Shown: positions 18,944 through 29,208, counted from the stretch's first letter. The stretch is 64,000 nt of DNA from Akkermansia muciniphila (GCA_945883815.1 CAMCYJ010000001.1:235-64234), one strand, 5' to 3'. Numbers and translations are program-made. Notes: generated from the sequence alone by a model not told the origin.

Positions 18944-19194
18944 CCCCCAAGCACGTTCGCCTGTTCATCAAGCCCGGTTGCCCTTGGTGCGACGAAGCCA
19001 TCGAGTGGCTCGATGCGCGCAAAATTCAATACGAGACGCTGGATGTGATCCGCGATGCCGCCGCCCGCGCGGAGATGCGTGAATTGACCGGCCAGACCAA
19101 AGCCCCCTCCATGGAGTGGGATGGCCATGTGCTGGCCGACTTCGGCGCGGACGAACTCGAGACGTGGTTGGCCCGCTTGGGCTACGCGGTCTGA
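18940..19194 (+). CDS. Glutaredoxin-family protein
   Basis: KPGCPWC CxxC motif, GQTKAP cis-Pro motif; ATGA overlap with hisA. Confidence 0.85.
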   Translation: MTPKHVRLFIKPGCPWCDEAIEWLDARKIQYETLDVIRDAAARAEMRELTGQTKAPSMEWDGHVLADFGADELETWLARLGYAV

Positions 19195-19267
19195 AACTCG
19201 GATAAACCTCGGGGCGGGACGATTTGACGAGGCGACGCAGACGACGCAGGCGAATATACCTGCCCGG

Positions 19268-22200
19268 CTACGGATTGGCCGCCCCCGGCGAACCTCCGAG
19301 CCGGCTCGAAGCCTTCCAGGCAGTGGGTTGGTCGGAGTAGGCGCTCACGCTCTTGAGCTCCAAAGTCGATCCTCGACCATCCGCTTCGACCGGCCAGGGA
19401 GCGGCATCGTCGTAGGCCACGCTGAGCACCAGCGTGCCGTCCGCGGTGTGGATCCGCAGCGCATCGCCGCCATTGCCCAGTCCGAATCCGAACTCACCCA
19501 GGGGCACCGGTCCGGCCGGAAACGCGCGCTGAAACCGAAGCGCATCCTGGCAAAGAACCCCATAGCCGCCCGGCGGAATCACCCCACCCGGCACCACCGC
19601 GACATTCTCCTCGGTGGCATCGCGAAGGATCCACCCAGTGAGGTCTACCGGTGCGGTGCCAGGATTGTGCAACTCGAACCAATCCCCCGAATCAGCCGAG
19701 TCCGATGGGTGGTACTGGATCTCGCTCAAAATCACCGGAGGCCGCGCCGGGGGCACCGGTGAGTAGGCCTCCAAGTGGGCGGTCAGGGTATTGGTGCCGG
19801 AGGGCGGACTGAACTCCCACCGAGCCAGCGAAACGTCATTGCCCCAACCGCTCCAGCCCACCGTGCGAAATCCCGGCACCGGAATGACCGAGGCGACCAC
19901 GGGCACATCCCGGAAGAAGGTGCCCATCCACGGCGGCGGCACGGCTTGCGTGCGATTCAACCTCACCTGCCCCGCACCGGCCGGCGACGCCACGGCTTGC
20001 AACTGCGCCAACCCCGACTTCAGACCGAAGTGATTGAGGCAATCCTGCCGGAGCTTGGCCGGGCGCTTGCGGGCGAAGTCGCTCAGCGAGTCGAGGTTCT
20101 TTTCCCAGGTCGCCAGCGTGAACGGTTCATACTCCAACTGGTAGGGCTTGCCGTAACCGCGCTTCTGCAATTCGGCGAAGCTCCACCGTTGGAGATGCCG
20201 CGGAATTTCAGGCCGGATCACCGTGGCCATGGATCGAATCGTGGCCTCGACGCGCTCCTCACGGAACGGGCCGTTCAGAAAATCTGCGCAGCGTTGAATG
20301 AAGCGGGTTCGCACCCCAGCGTTGGTCAGCAGGCGACGCAGCATCAAGGTGCGCCCGCCTTCATTGGGCCAACCGGTGCCGGTGCCGGTACCGGCGGTCA
20401 AGAAGGCGAACATGTTGTCGTAGTTCGCGTAATCGCGAGCCATGGCCGGCACGTACACCTCGGGCTTCCACAAATTGAAGCCGTAGTCCTGATCGTAGAC
20501 GATCCATCGGAACCGCCCGTTCGGAACCCGGGGACGCCAACACTTGATGTTACCGATGTCGAAGTTCTGGAAGTAGACGAGCGACGCATGGTAATCGAGG
20601 AAGTTGTCCAGATCGAGGTAGCGGTCGAGGAGCGTTTGGAGATTGGTCGCAATCGTCAGGTCCTTCGTGGTGACGAACGAACGCATGGCCGTGTAGGCCT
20701 GGCTGTCACCGGCGATCACGGCGCCGTAGCCCTCGATCAAGTCCAACCCACCACGGGGCACCTCATGGTTCCCAATGACATAGTGTTCATTGAGCTTCTC
20801 CCGCAGGTTGTGAATCCCCCAGTAGTCGCCATTGAGATACACAACCGTCGGCCGGTAGGCTTGGGTGTCGAGGCCCGTGTCCGCGATGAGCCGCTCCATC
20901 ATCGCGTCGCGCATGAGCGTGAACTGGCCGTTCACGAAATAGCTGCCATACGTGGTCACCGGGCCGAATTGGGTGATGGGTGAGCGCACCGCCGTCTGGT
21001 GGGTGCTCTGATTGTCGTTGCCGGAATTGCGCAGCACCAGAGCCTCGAACTGGTCCATGGGCCGGTCCGGAAAGAAGCGGTATGCCAGGTTGCCATCGCC
21101 GTACTTGGCCCGCGCCAAAAGCGCATAGGACTTTTGCGGATACCCCCGGGAACCCCATCCGCCATAAACCGACATGCCCACCTTTTGGCGCACCTTGGAC
21201 TGACGGTCGGTGTCGAAGAATTCGAACCCCACTTCGATCTCGCGGTCCTTCCAAGCATTGGACCCCGAGTACGGATAACTTTGAAGCACCTGCCCGCTGG
21301 TATTGAGCACACTGGTGCCCATGCCGATCAGGTAGCCGTTCTTGAAATCGAAGTTTGAAGCCGCGGCCGCCAGCGAGATGACAGGCAAGTCATGGGAGAT
21401 CCCGAAGAAATAGCTGCGCAGCGACTCCGCACTGGAACGCGCCTCGAGGTAGGCCTTGGCCCGAACCACCATGGACCGCTGGATGCGAATCGGACCCACC
21501 CAAGTAGGCGACACCACCGTCACCGGGTCGCCGTTCGTCGTGTAGCGGATCAGAGCGTTGGTCGGGGACCCGCGCAGTTCCAACACCACCTCGGCACCCG
21601 CGACGTGAAACCCCGAATCGACCGAGAACACCGGCGGCGGCAGCGGCGGCCCCACCGACACAGCCCCATTGGGAGCGCCCGGCGTGGCCTGCGATTTGGA
21701 GTACACCACCCACTCGCCGGCTTCCGGATTCGGGGGGCGTCCGAGCGACTCGTTCGGCCCGAGGCGCGGCACGGTTACTTGATCGACGATCCGCCCAACG
21801 GGATCGCTCAAGGTCACCGTCTCGCCAGCGGCATCGATGCGGAAATCCGTATGCAACTCCTTGGCAGGCCCCACGCGGTCGAGACCCGAGGCATAAACCA
21901 CGAGGGATTCACCAGGTTGGATCCACCGTTCCGGCAATCGCCATCGACCCGGTTTCAGCGGGCCGTCGGAGAGGGCGAATCCCCCTAATGCAATGGCCCG
22001 ATCCTGCGGATTGAACACTTCGATCCAATCCCAGAACGCCCCCGCGGCATCCGGGAAGACCGCCGCGTTGTCGCTCATCACCTCGGTGATTTGAAGCAGT
22101 CCGGCGGTGTCAGCTTCGGTCAGGATCCGATAGAAGAGCGGCAACGTTGCGGCCGGTGAAGTAATCAGGACCTGAAAACGACCCGGTGCCGACTCGGTCA

Positions 22201-22444
22201 CCGTGGCCGTGGGGTCCAGCGACCACACCATTGGGGTTTGCCACCCTGCGGCGACCTGCACCCGATGGGCCTTCGCATCGACGGGATCGGCGGTGAACCC
22301 GAATCCGATCCCTCCCGCGGCGGGCCGTTGGATCGACTCGCGCAGGATGACCGGTGTTTGCGGTGTCTGAGCCGAGAGCCACGCGGGAACGGCGGCGGAC
22401 CAAAAGACCGCTCGAAACCACCCCCGGCGTGGTCGATGCGTCAC
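19268..22444 (-). CDS. Secreted CotH-kinase-family protein with lamin-tail and Fn3-associated domains
   Basis: ITEVMSDN...DWIEVFN (lamin tail), IRYTTNG, YLNGDYWGIHNLREK, LDNFLDY, WIVYDQDYGF (CotH), second lamin tail ILSEIQYHP...GGSPGAAN. GTG start overlaps upstream stop. Confidence 0.85.
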   Translation of the reverse strand: MTHRPRRGWFRAVFWSAAVPAWLSAQTPQTPVILRESIQRPAAGGIGFGFTADPVDAKAHRVQVAAGWQTPMVWSLDPTATVTESAPGRFQVLITSPAATLPLFYRILTEADTAGLLQITEVMSDNAAVFPDAAGAFWDWIEVFNPQDRAIALGGFALSDGPLKPGRWRLPERWIQPGESLVVYASGLDRVGPAKELHTDFRIDAAGETVTLSDPVGRIVDQVTVPRLGPNESLGRPPNPEAGEWVVYSKSQATPGAPNGAVSVGPPLPPPVFSVDSGFHVAGAEVVLELRGSPTNALIRYTTNGDPVTVVSPTWVGPIRIQRSMVVRAKAYLEARSSAESLRSYFFGISHDLPVISLAAAASNFDFKNGYLIGMGTSVLNTSGQVLQSYPYSGSNAWKDREIEVGFEFFDTDRQSKVRQKVGMSVYGGWGSRGYPQKSYALLARAKYGDGNLAYRFFPDRPMDQFEALVLRNSGNDNQSTHQTAVRSPITQFGPVTTYGSYFVNGQFTLMRDAMMERLIADTGLDTQAYRPTVVYLNGDYWGIHNLREKLNEHYVIGNHEVPRGGLDLIEGYGAVIAGDSQAYTAMRSFVTTKDLTIATNLQTLLDRYLDLDNFLDYHASLVYFQNFDIGNIKCWRPRVPNGRFRWIVYDQDYGFNLWKPEVYVPAMARDYANYDNMFAFLTAGTGTGTGWPNEGGRTLMLRRLLTNAGVRTRFIQRCADFLNGPFREERVEATIRSMATVIRPEIPRHLQRWSFAELQKRGYGKPYQLEYEPFTLATWEKNLDSLSDFARKRPAKLRQDCLNHFGLKSGLAQLQAVASPAGAGQVRLNRTQAVPPPWMGTFFRDVPVVASVIPVPGFRTVGWSGWGNDVSLARWEFSPPSGTNTLTAHLEAYSPVPPARPPVILSEIQYHPSDSADSGDWFELHNPGTAPVDLTGWILRDATEENVAVVPGGVIPPGGYGVLCQDALRFQRAFPAGPVPLGEFGFGLGNGGDALRIHTADGTLVLSVAYDDAAPWPVEADGRGSTLELKSVSAYSDQPTAWKASSRLGGSPGAANP

Positions 22445-23214
22445 AGCCGACTCTCCAGTTTTTTGGCGCGCCGGATCCACACCGCATTCCGGTTCTTCTC
22501 GAACGCCGGCGAATGATTCTGGTCGGCCAGCACCTCATCGATCTCGGCTTGTGCTTCATCGACATTTCCGCGCGACGCGAGCAATTCGGCGTACTGGACC
22601 CGGGCTCTGGGATAGCTGTTGTTTTCGAGCACCCGCTTCCAGTTGAGAAGGGCTGCATCGACTTCGCCCAAGGCCGTCTGAGCTTCAGCCAGCGCCATCA
22701 GCGTGTAGCCGAAATCGTGTCGCGGGTCGGCCTTCAGCACCTTCTCCAACAGGGGCTTCGCCTCGGCCGCTTTCCCCTGTCGCAGGAGGCACTGCCCCAA
22801 GTGACTGACGGTGTCATCATCCTCCGGATCCCGCTCGAGGGCTTTTCGGTAGCAGGCCTCAGCCTTGGCCAACTTGCCACCGGAGAAATACACATCACCC
22901 AAATCGGAATGGTCCCGCGCCTTGTCGAGGTGGTGGATACGACTTTCGAGTTCCTTGATTCGCCGACGATCGGCGGCACCCGGCAACTCGAAACCCCGCA
23001 ATCCGAATCCACCGGCGGCGCCTCCCTGCTGCCGATACACCATGAAGTAGTAGAACACCGCGCTGAAGACGCTGAAGAACAAGATGCAGGCCGCCCAGAT
23101 CCACTCTTCGCGGCGCAAGGCATCCACCATCATCCAAAGCTGGAAAGCAGCCCCAATTAGCAACAGGGGATTGCCCAGAGACAACTGCATCAAATCCTGA
23201 ATCAAGCCGAGCAT
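22441..23214 (-). CDS. Membrane-anchored tetratricopeptide-repeat protein
   Basis: Two N-terminal hydrophobic segments, then LGDVYF..AEACYRKALERDP-type TPRs. Confidence 0.8.
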   Translation of the reverse strand: MLGLIQDLMQLSLGNPLLLIGAAFQLWMMVDALRREEWIWAACILFFSVFSAVFYYFMVYRQQGGAAGGFGLRGFELPGAADRRRIKELESRIHHLDKARDHSDLGDVYFSGGKLAKAEACYRKALERDPEDDDTVSHLGQCLLRQGKAAEAKPLLEKVLKADPRHDFGYTLMALAEAQTALGEVDAALLNWKRVLENNSYPRARVQYAELLASRGNVDEAQAEIDEVLADQNHSPAFEKNRNAVWIRRAKKLESRL

Positions 23215-23226
23215 TCCTGTTAGCCT

Positions 23227-23304
23227 AAACCGGAACGATGCTATTGGGAAGGAAGGTACGGCGGGTTCTCCTCTGCCGTAATCCATTGAGATCCAGTCCG
23301 GTTT
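23227..23304. repeat. Short, internally deleted member of the miniature inverted-repeat family
   Basis: AAACCGGAACGATGCTATTGGGAAGGAAGG resembles 37371-37399 (AACCGGGACGATTCAGTTGGGAGGAAAGC); ends in TCCGGTTT, inverted to AAACCGGA. Confidence 0.5.
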
Positions 23305-23313
23305 TACCGTTTC

Positions 23314-24234
23314 ATGCGGCCCATGACATCCGCCTCCGTGCGCATTCCAGGAACGACCGCCAATCTGGGGTCGGGCTTCGACACTTTGGGACTGGCCGTC
23401 GCGCTCTACAACCGGGCCACAGTTGGCCGCCGGAGCGACCGACGCGTCGAGATCACTTCCCCGATCGCTGATGATGCGCGGGCCGGAGCCCTGGCCATGC
23501 TGGAGGAGGCTGCCGCTGCGTTCTTCAAGAAGACCCGCGCCCCACGCTTCGGAGTGGATCTTCACCTAGCCGGCGAGGTGCCGATCGCTCGAGGGCTCGG
23601 GTCCAGCGTGACCGCCCGACTCGGCTGCGTGGCCGGACTCAACGCCCTGGCGGGGAGCCCTTTGGATCGACAGGGATTGCTGGAAGTCGTCGCGGCTCTG
23701 GAAGGCCATCCCGACAATGCAGCGCCTGCGGTTTTTGGCGGATTCACGGCCGCGGGTTTCGTGGGCTCCGAGGTCCGATGCATCCGGGTGCCTCTCCCGA
23801 GTCAAATCCGCTTGGTGACCTTGATTCCCGACTTCGAGGTCAGCACGCCGGAGGCTCGCAAGCGGGTGCCGCAGACTTTTTCCAAGGCCGACACCATACA
23901 CATTCTCAATCGCGCTTCACTGGTCACGGCGGCCTTCGCCACCGGACGATTGGAGAGTTTACGCGGCTGCTTCGATGACCGCATCCACCAACCCTATCGG
24001 GCTCCGCTCATCCCAGGCATGGACGCCATTCTGGCGGCCGGCGTGAAAGCCGGAGCCATCGGCGGCTGGCTCAGCGGCAGCGGCTCGACCCTGATGTGCC
24101 TGGCCTTGGAAAACCCGGAGGCGGTGGCAACGGCCATGCAGCGGAAAATGCCCAAGGCCGCAGTCCACATCCTCAAGCCTGACAATGCGGGACTGAAGGT
24201 GAGTTTGAAGGAAGGCGCAAAAAAACTGACGTGA
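23314..24234 (+). CDS. thrB: Homoserine kinase
   Basis: TTANLGSGFDTLGLA, PIARGLGSS, EGHPDNAAPA, LSGSGST. Confidence 0.93.
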   Translation: MRPMTSASVRIPGTTANLGSGFDTLGLAVALYNRATVGRRSDRRVEITSPIADDARAGALAMLEEAAAAFFKKTRAPRFGVDLHLAGEVPIARGLGSSVTARLGCVAGLNALAGSPLDRQGLLEVVAALEGHPDNAAPAVFGGFTAAGFVGSEVRCIRVPLPSQIRLVTLIPDFEVSTPEARKRVPQTFSKADTIHILNRASLVTAAFATGRLESLRGCFDDRIHQPYRAPLIPGMDAILAAGVKAGAIGGWLSGSGSTLMCLALENPEAVATAMQRKMPKAAVHILKPDNAGLKVSLKEGAKKLT

Positions 24235-24252
24235 TGTCCCGCCGGCGCTGGC

Positions 24253-25599
24253 TCAGATTTGTTCGAAATAGCGCTGCTTTTCCCAGTCGGTCACCGCGTC
24301 GCTGAAGGCCTGATGCTCAAGGCGGGCATGGTGGACCGAGAAGTCGACCACGGCATCGCCGAAAGCCTCGCGAGCCAGGCGCGAGCCGTTGAACAGTTCC
24401 GCGGCAGAAATCAGGCTCGAGGGCAGGCGTGGCAACTTCGGATCGAGATAGGCGTTGCCGGTGTAGGGCTCACCGCAATCGAGCTTCTCATCGATGCCGG
24501 CCAACCCAGCGGCAATCATGGCCGCAAAGGCCAAGTACGGATTGGCATCGGCCCCAGGCATCCGGTTCTCCGGGCGGTATCCGTTGCCGTGACCGACCAC
24601 ACGGAATCCCGTGGTGCGATTGTCTTGGGCCCAAGCCATGCGGGTCGGGGCCCAGCTTCCGGCCTGATAGCGTTTGTAGCTGTTGATCGTCGGACCGTAA
24701 AAGAGGCACAGCTCCGGCGAGTACTTCATGAGCCCGCCCAGGAACTGTCGGAACATCGTGGATCCGCTCTTGGCCTTCGGGTCCCAGAACAAGTTGCGCC
24801 CGCCCTTCCACAAACTCATGTGGATGTGGCAGGAGTTGCCCGCCTCGGTCGGCGCGACCTTGGCCATGAAGCTCACCGACTTGCCGTGTTGTCCGGCGAT
24901 TTCCTTGACCCCCTGCTTGAAGATCACGTGCCGGTCGGCCATTTCCATGGCCTCGCCGTAGGTGAAATTGATTTCGTGCTGACCCCGGCTCCATTCGCCC
25001 TTGCTGCTTTCGATGGGCACGCCGGCGGCGGTCAGGCCATTGCGGATGGCGCGCATCAGCGGCTCATCACGACCGGGCTGCATGAGGTGATAATCGATGC
25101 GGTAATCGCTCGACGGCTTGAGGTTGCGATATCCGGCTTCGAAGGCGGCTCCGTAGGTTTGCTCGTAGAGGTAGAACTCGAGCTCGCTCGCGCAGAAACA
25201 AGTGAGGCCACGTTCCTGGAGCCGGTCCAACTGACGTCGCAGCACCGAGCGCGGGGCTTCGGCCACCGGAGCGCCGCCCGCATGTCGGAAATCGCACAAG
25301 ACCAACGCCGAGCCCGGGAGCCACGGCATCAAACGGAATGTGGCTTGGTCGGGAACCATTTCAAAATCGCCGAACCCAGTGTCCCAATTGGCCACACCGA
25401 AGCCATCCAGCGGGTCCATGTCGAGATTGACGGTCAGCAAATAACTGCACCCGTGGGTGCCGTGGGAAACCACCGACTCCAGAAAATGGCCGGCGTGAAA
25501 GCGCTTCCCCACCAAGCGACCGAAGGGGTCAGGAATGGCGACCAGAACCGTGTCGACGGCGCCCGACTTCACCTGGGCCTTGAGTTGTTGGAGAGTCAT
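24253..25599 (-). CDS. Glutamine-synthetase-like gamma-glutamylamide ligase (PuuA/GlnA4-like)
   Basis: GRLVGKR, ASELEFY, KGEWSRGQHEIN, GNSCHIHMS, NSYKRY, DNRT, ENRMPGADANPY; catabolic neighbours. Confidence 0.85.
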   Translation of the reverse strand: MTLQQLKAQVKSGAVDTVLVAIPDPFGRLVGKRFHAGHFLESVVSHGTHGCSYLLTVNLDMDPLDGFGVANWDTGFGDFEMVPDQATFRLMPWLPGSALVLCDFRHAGGAPVAEAPRSVLRRQLDRLQERGLTCFCASELEFYLYEQTYGAAFEAGYRNLKPSSDYRIDYHLMQPGRDEPLMRAIRNGLTAAGVPIESSKGEWSRGQHEINFTYGEAMEMADRHVIFKQGVKEIAGQHGKSVSFMAKVAPTEAGNSCHIHMSLWKGGRNLFWDPKAKSGSTMFRQFLGGLMKYSPELCLFYGPTINSYKRYQAGSWAPTRMAWAQDNRTTGFRVVGHGNGYRPENRMPGADANPYLAFAAMIAAGLAGIDEKLDCGEPYTGNAYLDPKLPRLPSSLISAAELFNGSRLAREAFGDAVVDFSVHHARLEHQAFSDAVTDWEKQRYFEQI

Positions 25600-25645
25600 G
25601 AGGAATGGAGTGCGATGGCGTTGGAAGAGGGTTCGGCCGCGGACA

Positions 25646-27073
25646 TTATTCGGCCACGTAGACGTTCTTCACTTCCGAGTAGCCTTCCATCGCGGCCATA
25701 CCCAGATCGCGGCCGAGGCCACTTTGCTTAAATCCACCGAACGGAGCCTCAACGTGAACGCTGCTGTGGCTGTTGATGGACAACACACCGCTCTGGACCG
25801 CGCGTGAAACCCGGAGTGCGCGCGAGAGGTTTTGGGTCCACACCGATCCGCTGAGTCCGTAAGGAGACGCGTTCACGTCGCGCAGCATTTCTGCTTCGTC
25901 GTCGAAGGGGACGACCGCCGCGACGGGGCCGAAGATTTCCTCGCGCCAGCAGCGGTGTTCTGGGGCGACACCGGTGAGAATCGCGGGCTCGAGGTAGAAA
26001 CCCGCCGAAGGCAGGCGTCCGCCGCCGCACACCACCGTGCTGCCATTGCGTCGGGCGTCGGCCAGGTAGTCTTCGACCGTCTGCCGCTGCGACGACGACA
26101 CCATGGGCCCGAGTTGGGTGGCTTCGTTGTTGGGATCGCCCACGATGAGTTTGCGCGTGGCCGCCGCAAAGCGTTCGACAAACTTCTCGAAGACAGGCCG
26201 CTCGACATAAACACGGCTTCGGGCGCAGCAATCTTGGCCCGTGTTGGCGAAGACAGACATCGGCGCCGCATCGGCGGCCTTTTCCCAATCGGCGTCGGCA
26301 AAGACGATGTTGGGGGACTTGCCGCCCAGTTCGAGCGACACCCGCGTGAGGTTGCGCGCGGCCAATTCCATGATCCGGCGGCCCACTTCGGTGGAACCCG
26401 TGAACGACACCTTGCGAATCAACGGGTGGGTGACCAGCGCGTCGCCCAGCGTACCGCCGGGGCCGGTGATGACTTGCAAGATGCCAGCGGGCAATCCGGC
26501 TGCGTGGGCAAGTTCACCCAATTTGAGCGCGGTGAGCGGGGAGATCGAGGCCGGCTTGAGCAGCACGGCATTTCCGGCGGCCAGCGCTGGCGCCACCTTC
26601 CAGCAGGCGATGGCGAAGGGGAAATTCCACGGAACGATGGCCGAGACGACACCGAGCGGTTGGCGCAAGGTGAAGTCGAGCCCGCCACGCGCCACCGGAA
26701 TCGTCTGACCGAAGAACCGGCTGATGCCGCCTGCGTAGTATTCGAAGACCCGGGCTCCGAGCGCGACTTCGTCCCGGGCGTCGGCCAGCGGCTTGCCCAC
26801 GTGCATCACTTCGAGGCGAGCCAACTCCTCGGCGTTTTCGCGGATCACGGCGGCGATCTTGAACAACACCGCCGCCCGCTTCCCGGGGGCGAGATCACGC
26901 CAGCCATTTTCAAAGGCGCTGTGGGCCGAAACCACGGCCGCATCGACTTCCTTCACGGTGGCCGCGTCGATCTCGGCGAACACCTCGGCCGTGGCCGGAT
27001 TGACCAAGCGGGTCTTCGGCGTGCCATCGACACCGGTGTAGCGACCGTCCAAGAACAATTGGTGGGGAATCAT
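25646..27073 (-). CDS. NAD(P)-dependent aldehyde dehydrogenase
   Basis: IVPWNFP, FTGSTEVG, LELGGKSP, GQDCCA, EEIFGPV, PFGGFKQSG. Confidence 0.92.
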   Translation of the reverse strand: MIPHQLFLDGRYTGVDGTPKTRLVNPATAEVFAEIDAATVKEVDAAVVSAHSAFENGWRDLAPGKRAAVLFKIAAVIRENAEELARLEVMHVGKPLADARDEVALGARVFEYYAGGISRFFGQTIPVARGGLDFTLRQPLGVVSAIVPWNFPFAIACWKVAPALAAGNAVLLKPASISPLTALKLGELAHAAGLPAGILQVITGPGGTLGDALVTHPLIRKVSFTGSTEVGRRIMELAARNLTRVSLELGGKSPNIVFADADWEKAADAAPMSVFANTGQDCCARSRVYVERPVFEKFVERFAAATRKLIVGDPNNEATQLGPMVSSSQRQTVEDYLADARRNGSTVVCGGGRLPSAGFYLEPAILTGVAPEHRCWREEIFGPVAAVVPFDDEAEMLRDVNASPYGLSGSVWTQNLSRALRVSRAVQSGVLSINSHSSVHVEAPFGGFKQSGLGRDLGMAAMEGYSEVKNVYVAE

Positions 27074-27159
27074 GGTTGGGGAAACTGGAGAGAAATGGAA
27101 ATCGGGGGACTCGTGAGCGACGTGGGAAATGTGGGCAATGCGGCCAAAGTCGGGGGCTA

Positions 27160-28314
27160 TCAGAGCACTTCGAGGTAGAGAGCACGCAAGTCGGCAACGG
27201 TGACCGGAACGGCATTGGTCTGATGGCAGGGGTCTTCCCAGGCTTGGGCTACGAGTGCATCGAGGTGCTCGGGTTTCACGCCAAACTGCGAGAGCTTTTT
27301 GTTCAGACCCAGGCCCGCGAGGAACGATTCCACAAACGCGATCGTCACCCGGTCGGCCTCGGCGTCGGAGAGTTGAATAACCTCCAGGCCTGCGGCTTGT
27401 CCCACGCGTCGATACAGTCCCGGACGGCGCGCGCTGCACAGCCGCATGCTGGCCACCAAACACAGCGCATTGGCCAATCCATGGTGCATTCCGCAAATGG
27501 AAGACAGCGGGTGTGCCAGTGAATGAACCACTCCCAAATCTTTCTGAAAAGCCACGGCACCCATGGCCGCCGCCACCAGCATGTGACCGCGGGCCGTCAG
27601 GTCCTTGCCATCGCGATAGGCTTTGGGCAGGGCATCAAAAATCAGCCGGGCTCCTTCGAGAGCGATGCCATCGCACATCGGATGGAACGACGGGCACGTG
27701 AAGCTCTCGATGCAGTGCGTAAGCGCATCGGCCCCGGTTGCGGCCGTGAGGTGCGGAGGCAATCCCACGGTCAGAACGGGATCGAGAATGACCAATTTGG
27801 CCAGCATCTCCGGATTGAAGAGCACCGCCTTGCGATGCGTGGCGTCGAGGGTGATCACCGAACTGCGTCCCACTTCGCTGCCGGTTCCGGCCGTTGTGGG
27901 AATTGCTACCAGCGGCAGCAGGCCACTCCAGTCGGACTCATCGTAGAACTTGGCGAGATCGAATCCGGGGCGGCGGGCCAGGAGTCGGGCGGCCTTGCCG
28001 GCGTCGAGAGGGCTTCCGCCACCGATGGCGACCACGCCGTCACACTGGTTTTCCCGCAGGGCCGCTGCTGCTTGGCGCACGTCTTCCTCGATGGGGTTCG
28101 GATGCACTCCGTCGAAGACAAACCAGGTCTTGCCTTGATTGCTGGCACCCAGCACTGAAGCAAGTTGCGCGAATGCCTCGGTCTTCACCAAACCACCGTC
28201 GGTCACCACGAGCGGACGAGACACGCCCAGCTTGGTCATTGCGGCGGGCAATTCGGCCAGCGCTCCGGCGCCGTAGATTGTTCGAGTCGGGAAGGAAAAG
28301 GCAGTCAGGCTCAT
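27160..28314 (-). CDS. Iron-containing alcohol dehydrogenase
   Basis: IGGGSPLD, PTTAGTGSE, DALTHCIE, HSLAH, HHGLAN. Confidence 0.92.
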   Translation of the reverse strand: MSLTAFSFPTRTIYGAGALAELPAAMTKLGVSRPLVVTDGGLVKTEAFAQLASVLGASNQGKTWFVFDGVHPNPIEEDVRQAAAALRENQCDGVVAIGGGSPLDAGKAARLLARRPGFDLAKFYDESDWSGLLPLVAIPTTAGTGSEVGRSSVITLDATHRKAVLFNPEMLAKLVILDPVLTVGLPPHLTAATGADALTHCIESFTCPSFHPMCDGIALEGARLIFDALPKAYRDGKDLTARGHMLVAAAMGAVAFQKDLGVVHSLAHPLSSICGMHHGLANALCLVASMRLCSARRPGLYRRVGQAAGLEVIQLSDAEADRVTIAFVESFLAGLGLNKKLSQFGVKPEHLDALVAQAWEDPCHQTNAVPVTVADLRALYLEVL

Positions 28315-28363
28315 GTTTGTTTGGTGGGAAGAGAATGGTTCAATCGCGCCGAAGGTCCAAGGG

Positions 28364-29107
28364 TCATCCTCGGACGAAATGATGCAGAAAGTTGTGCAGG
28401 ATGAGTCGTCCAGCCGGTGTGGGCTTCAGGTTGTCCAACACCTGGTCTAGGTCGAAGCGAACGCGGGGGCGCCAGAGATCGCGCCGCGGATTCCAGATGA
28501 GGCGGAGCGTGTCGGGATCTGTCTCCGGGTGGAACTGCACACCATGGAGCAGCCCTGTGGAATCGTGCATGCCCTGGATCGCAGCGAACGTCCCCGCTAC
28601 GGTGTGAATCAACCCTGCGGGAAGATCGGAGACCACGTCCGAGTGACTCGAGAGCGCGTCGAATGCGTCGGGGATTCCGTCGAAAAGCTTCGAGGATCGA
28701 CCGGCGGGAGTCAGCGTGACCGGAGTATTGCCCAACTCCAACCCCTGAGGGTGCGGTGCCACCTTGGCTCCCAAAACCCGGCCCATGAGTTGGTGTCCAT
28801 AGCACACACCGAGGACCGGCACACCGGCGTCGCGGCAGCGCAGGATCCACTCGCCGACCTGGAGATTCACCGCATCATCATTCCAGGCGTCGCGCGGCGA
28901 ACCGCTCAGAATCACCCCATCCCAATCACCGGGGGAATAGGTGCGGTTGATGTCGTTGTCGACCCCGGCGCGGCACCACTCCACGGGGAGCGATTTCGGG
29001 GTCCACCGGCTGAACCAACCGCAGACATCGCGTCGCGGATCCGGATCCAAACCCGGCGGCCAAATGACTGAATCCACCAGCAGCACCCGTCTTTTTCGCA
29101 TCGCCAT
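28364..29107 (-). CDS. Class I glutamine amidotransferase-like hydrolase
   Basis: LSGSP, GVCYGHQ nucleophile, QFHPE catalytic His-Glu. Confidence 0.85.
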   Translation of the reverse strand: MAMRKRRVLLVDSVIWPPGLDPDPRRDVCGWFSRWTPKSLPVEWCRAGVDNDINRTYSPGDWDGVILSGSPRDAWNDDAVNLQVGEWILRCRDAGVPVLGVCYGHQLMGRVLGAKVAPHPQGLELGNTPVTLTPAGRSSKLFDGIPDAFDALSSHSDVVSDLPAGLIHTVAGTFAAIQGMHDSTGLLHGVQFHPETDPDTLRLIWNPRRDLWRPRVRFDLDQVLDNLKPTPAGRLILHNFLHHFVRG

Positions 29108-29208
29108 CGTCGGTGTTGAGCAAACGGCAGTCGATCAGCCCATGGCGAGCGGATTTTGAGAGAAGGTCACGGAAGCTGGCTTTACGAGACGAACAGAGAC
29201 TCAGTCTT

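Noticed and set aside
24253-25599. Housekeeping glnA
   Set aside because: Catabolic gene context and PuuA/GlnA4-like motifs favour a gamma-glutamylamide ligase.
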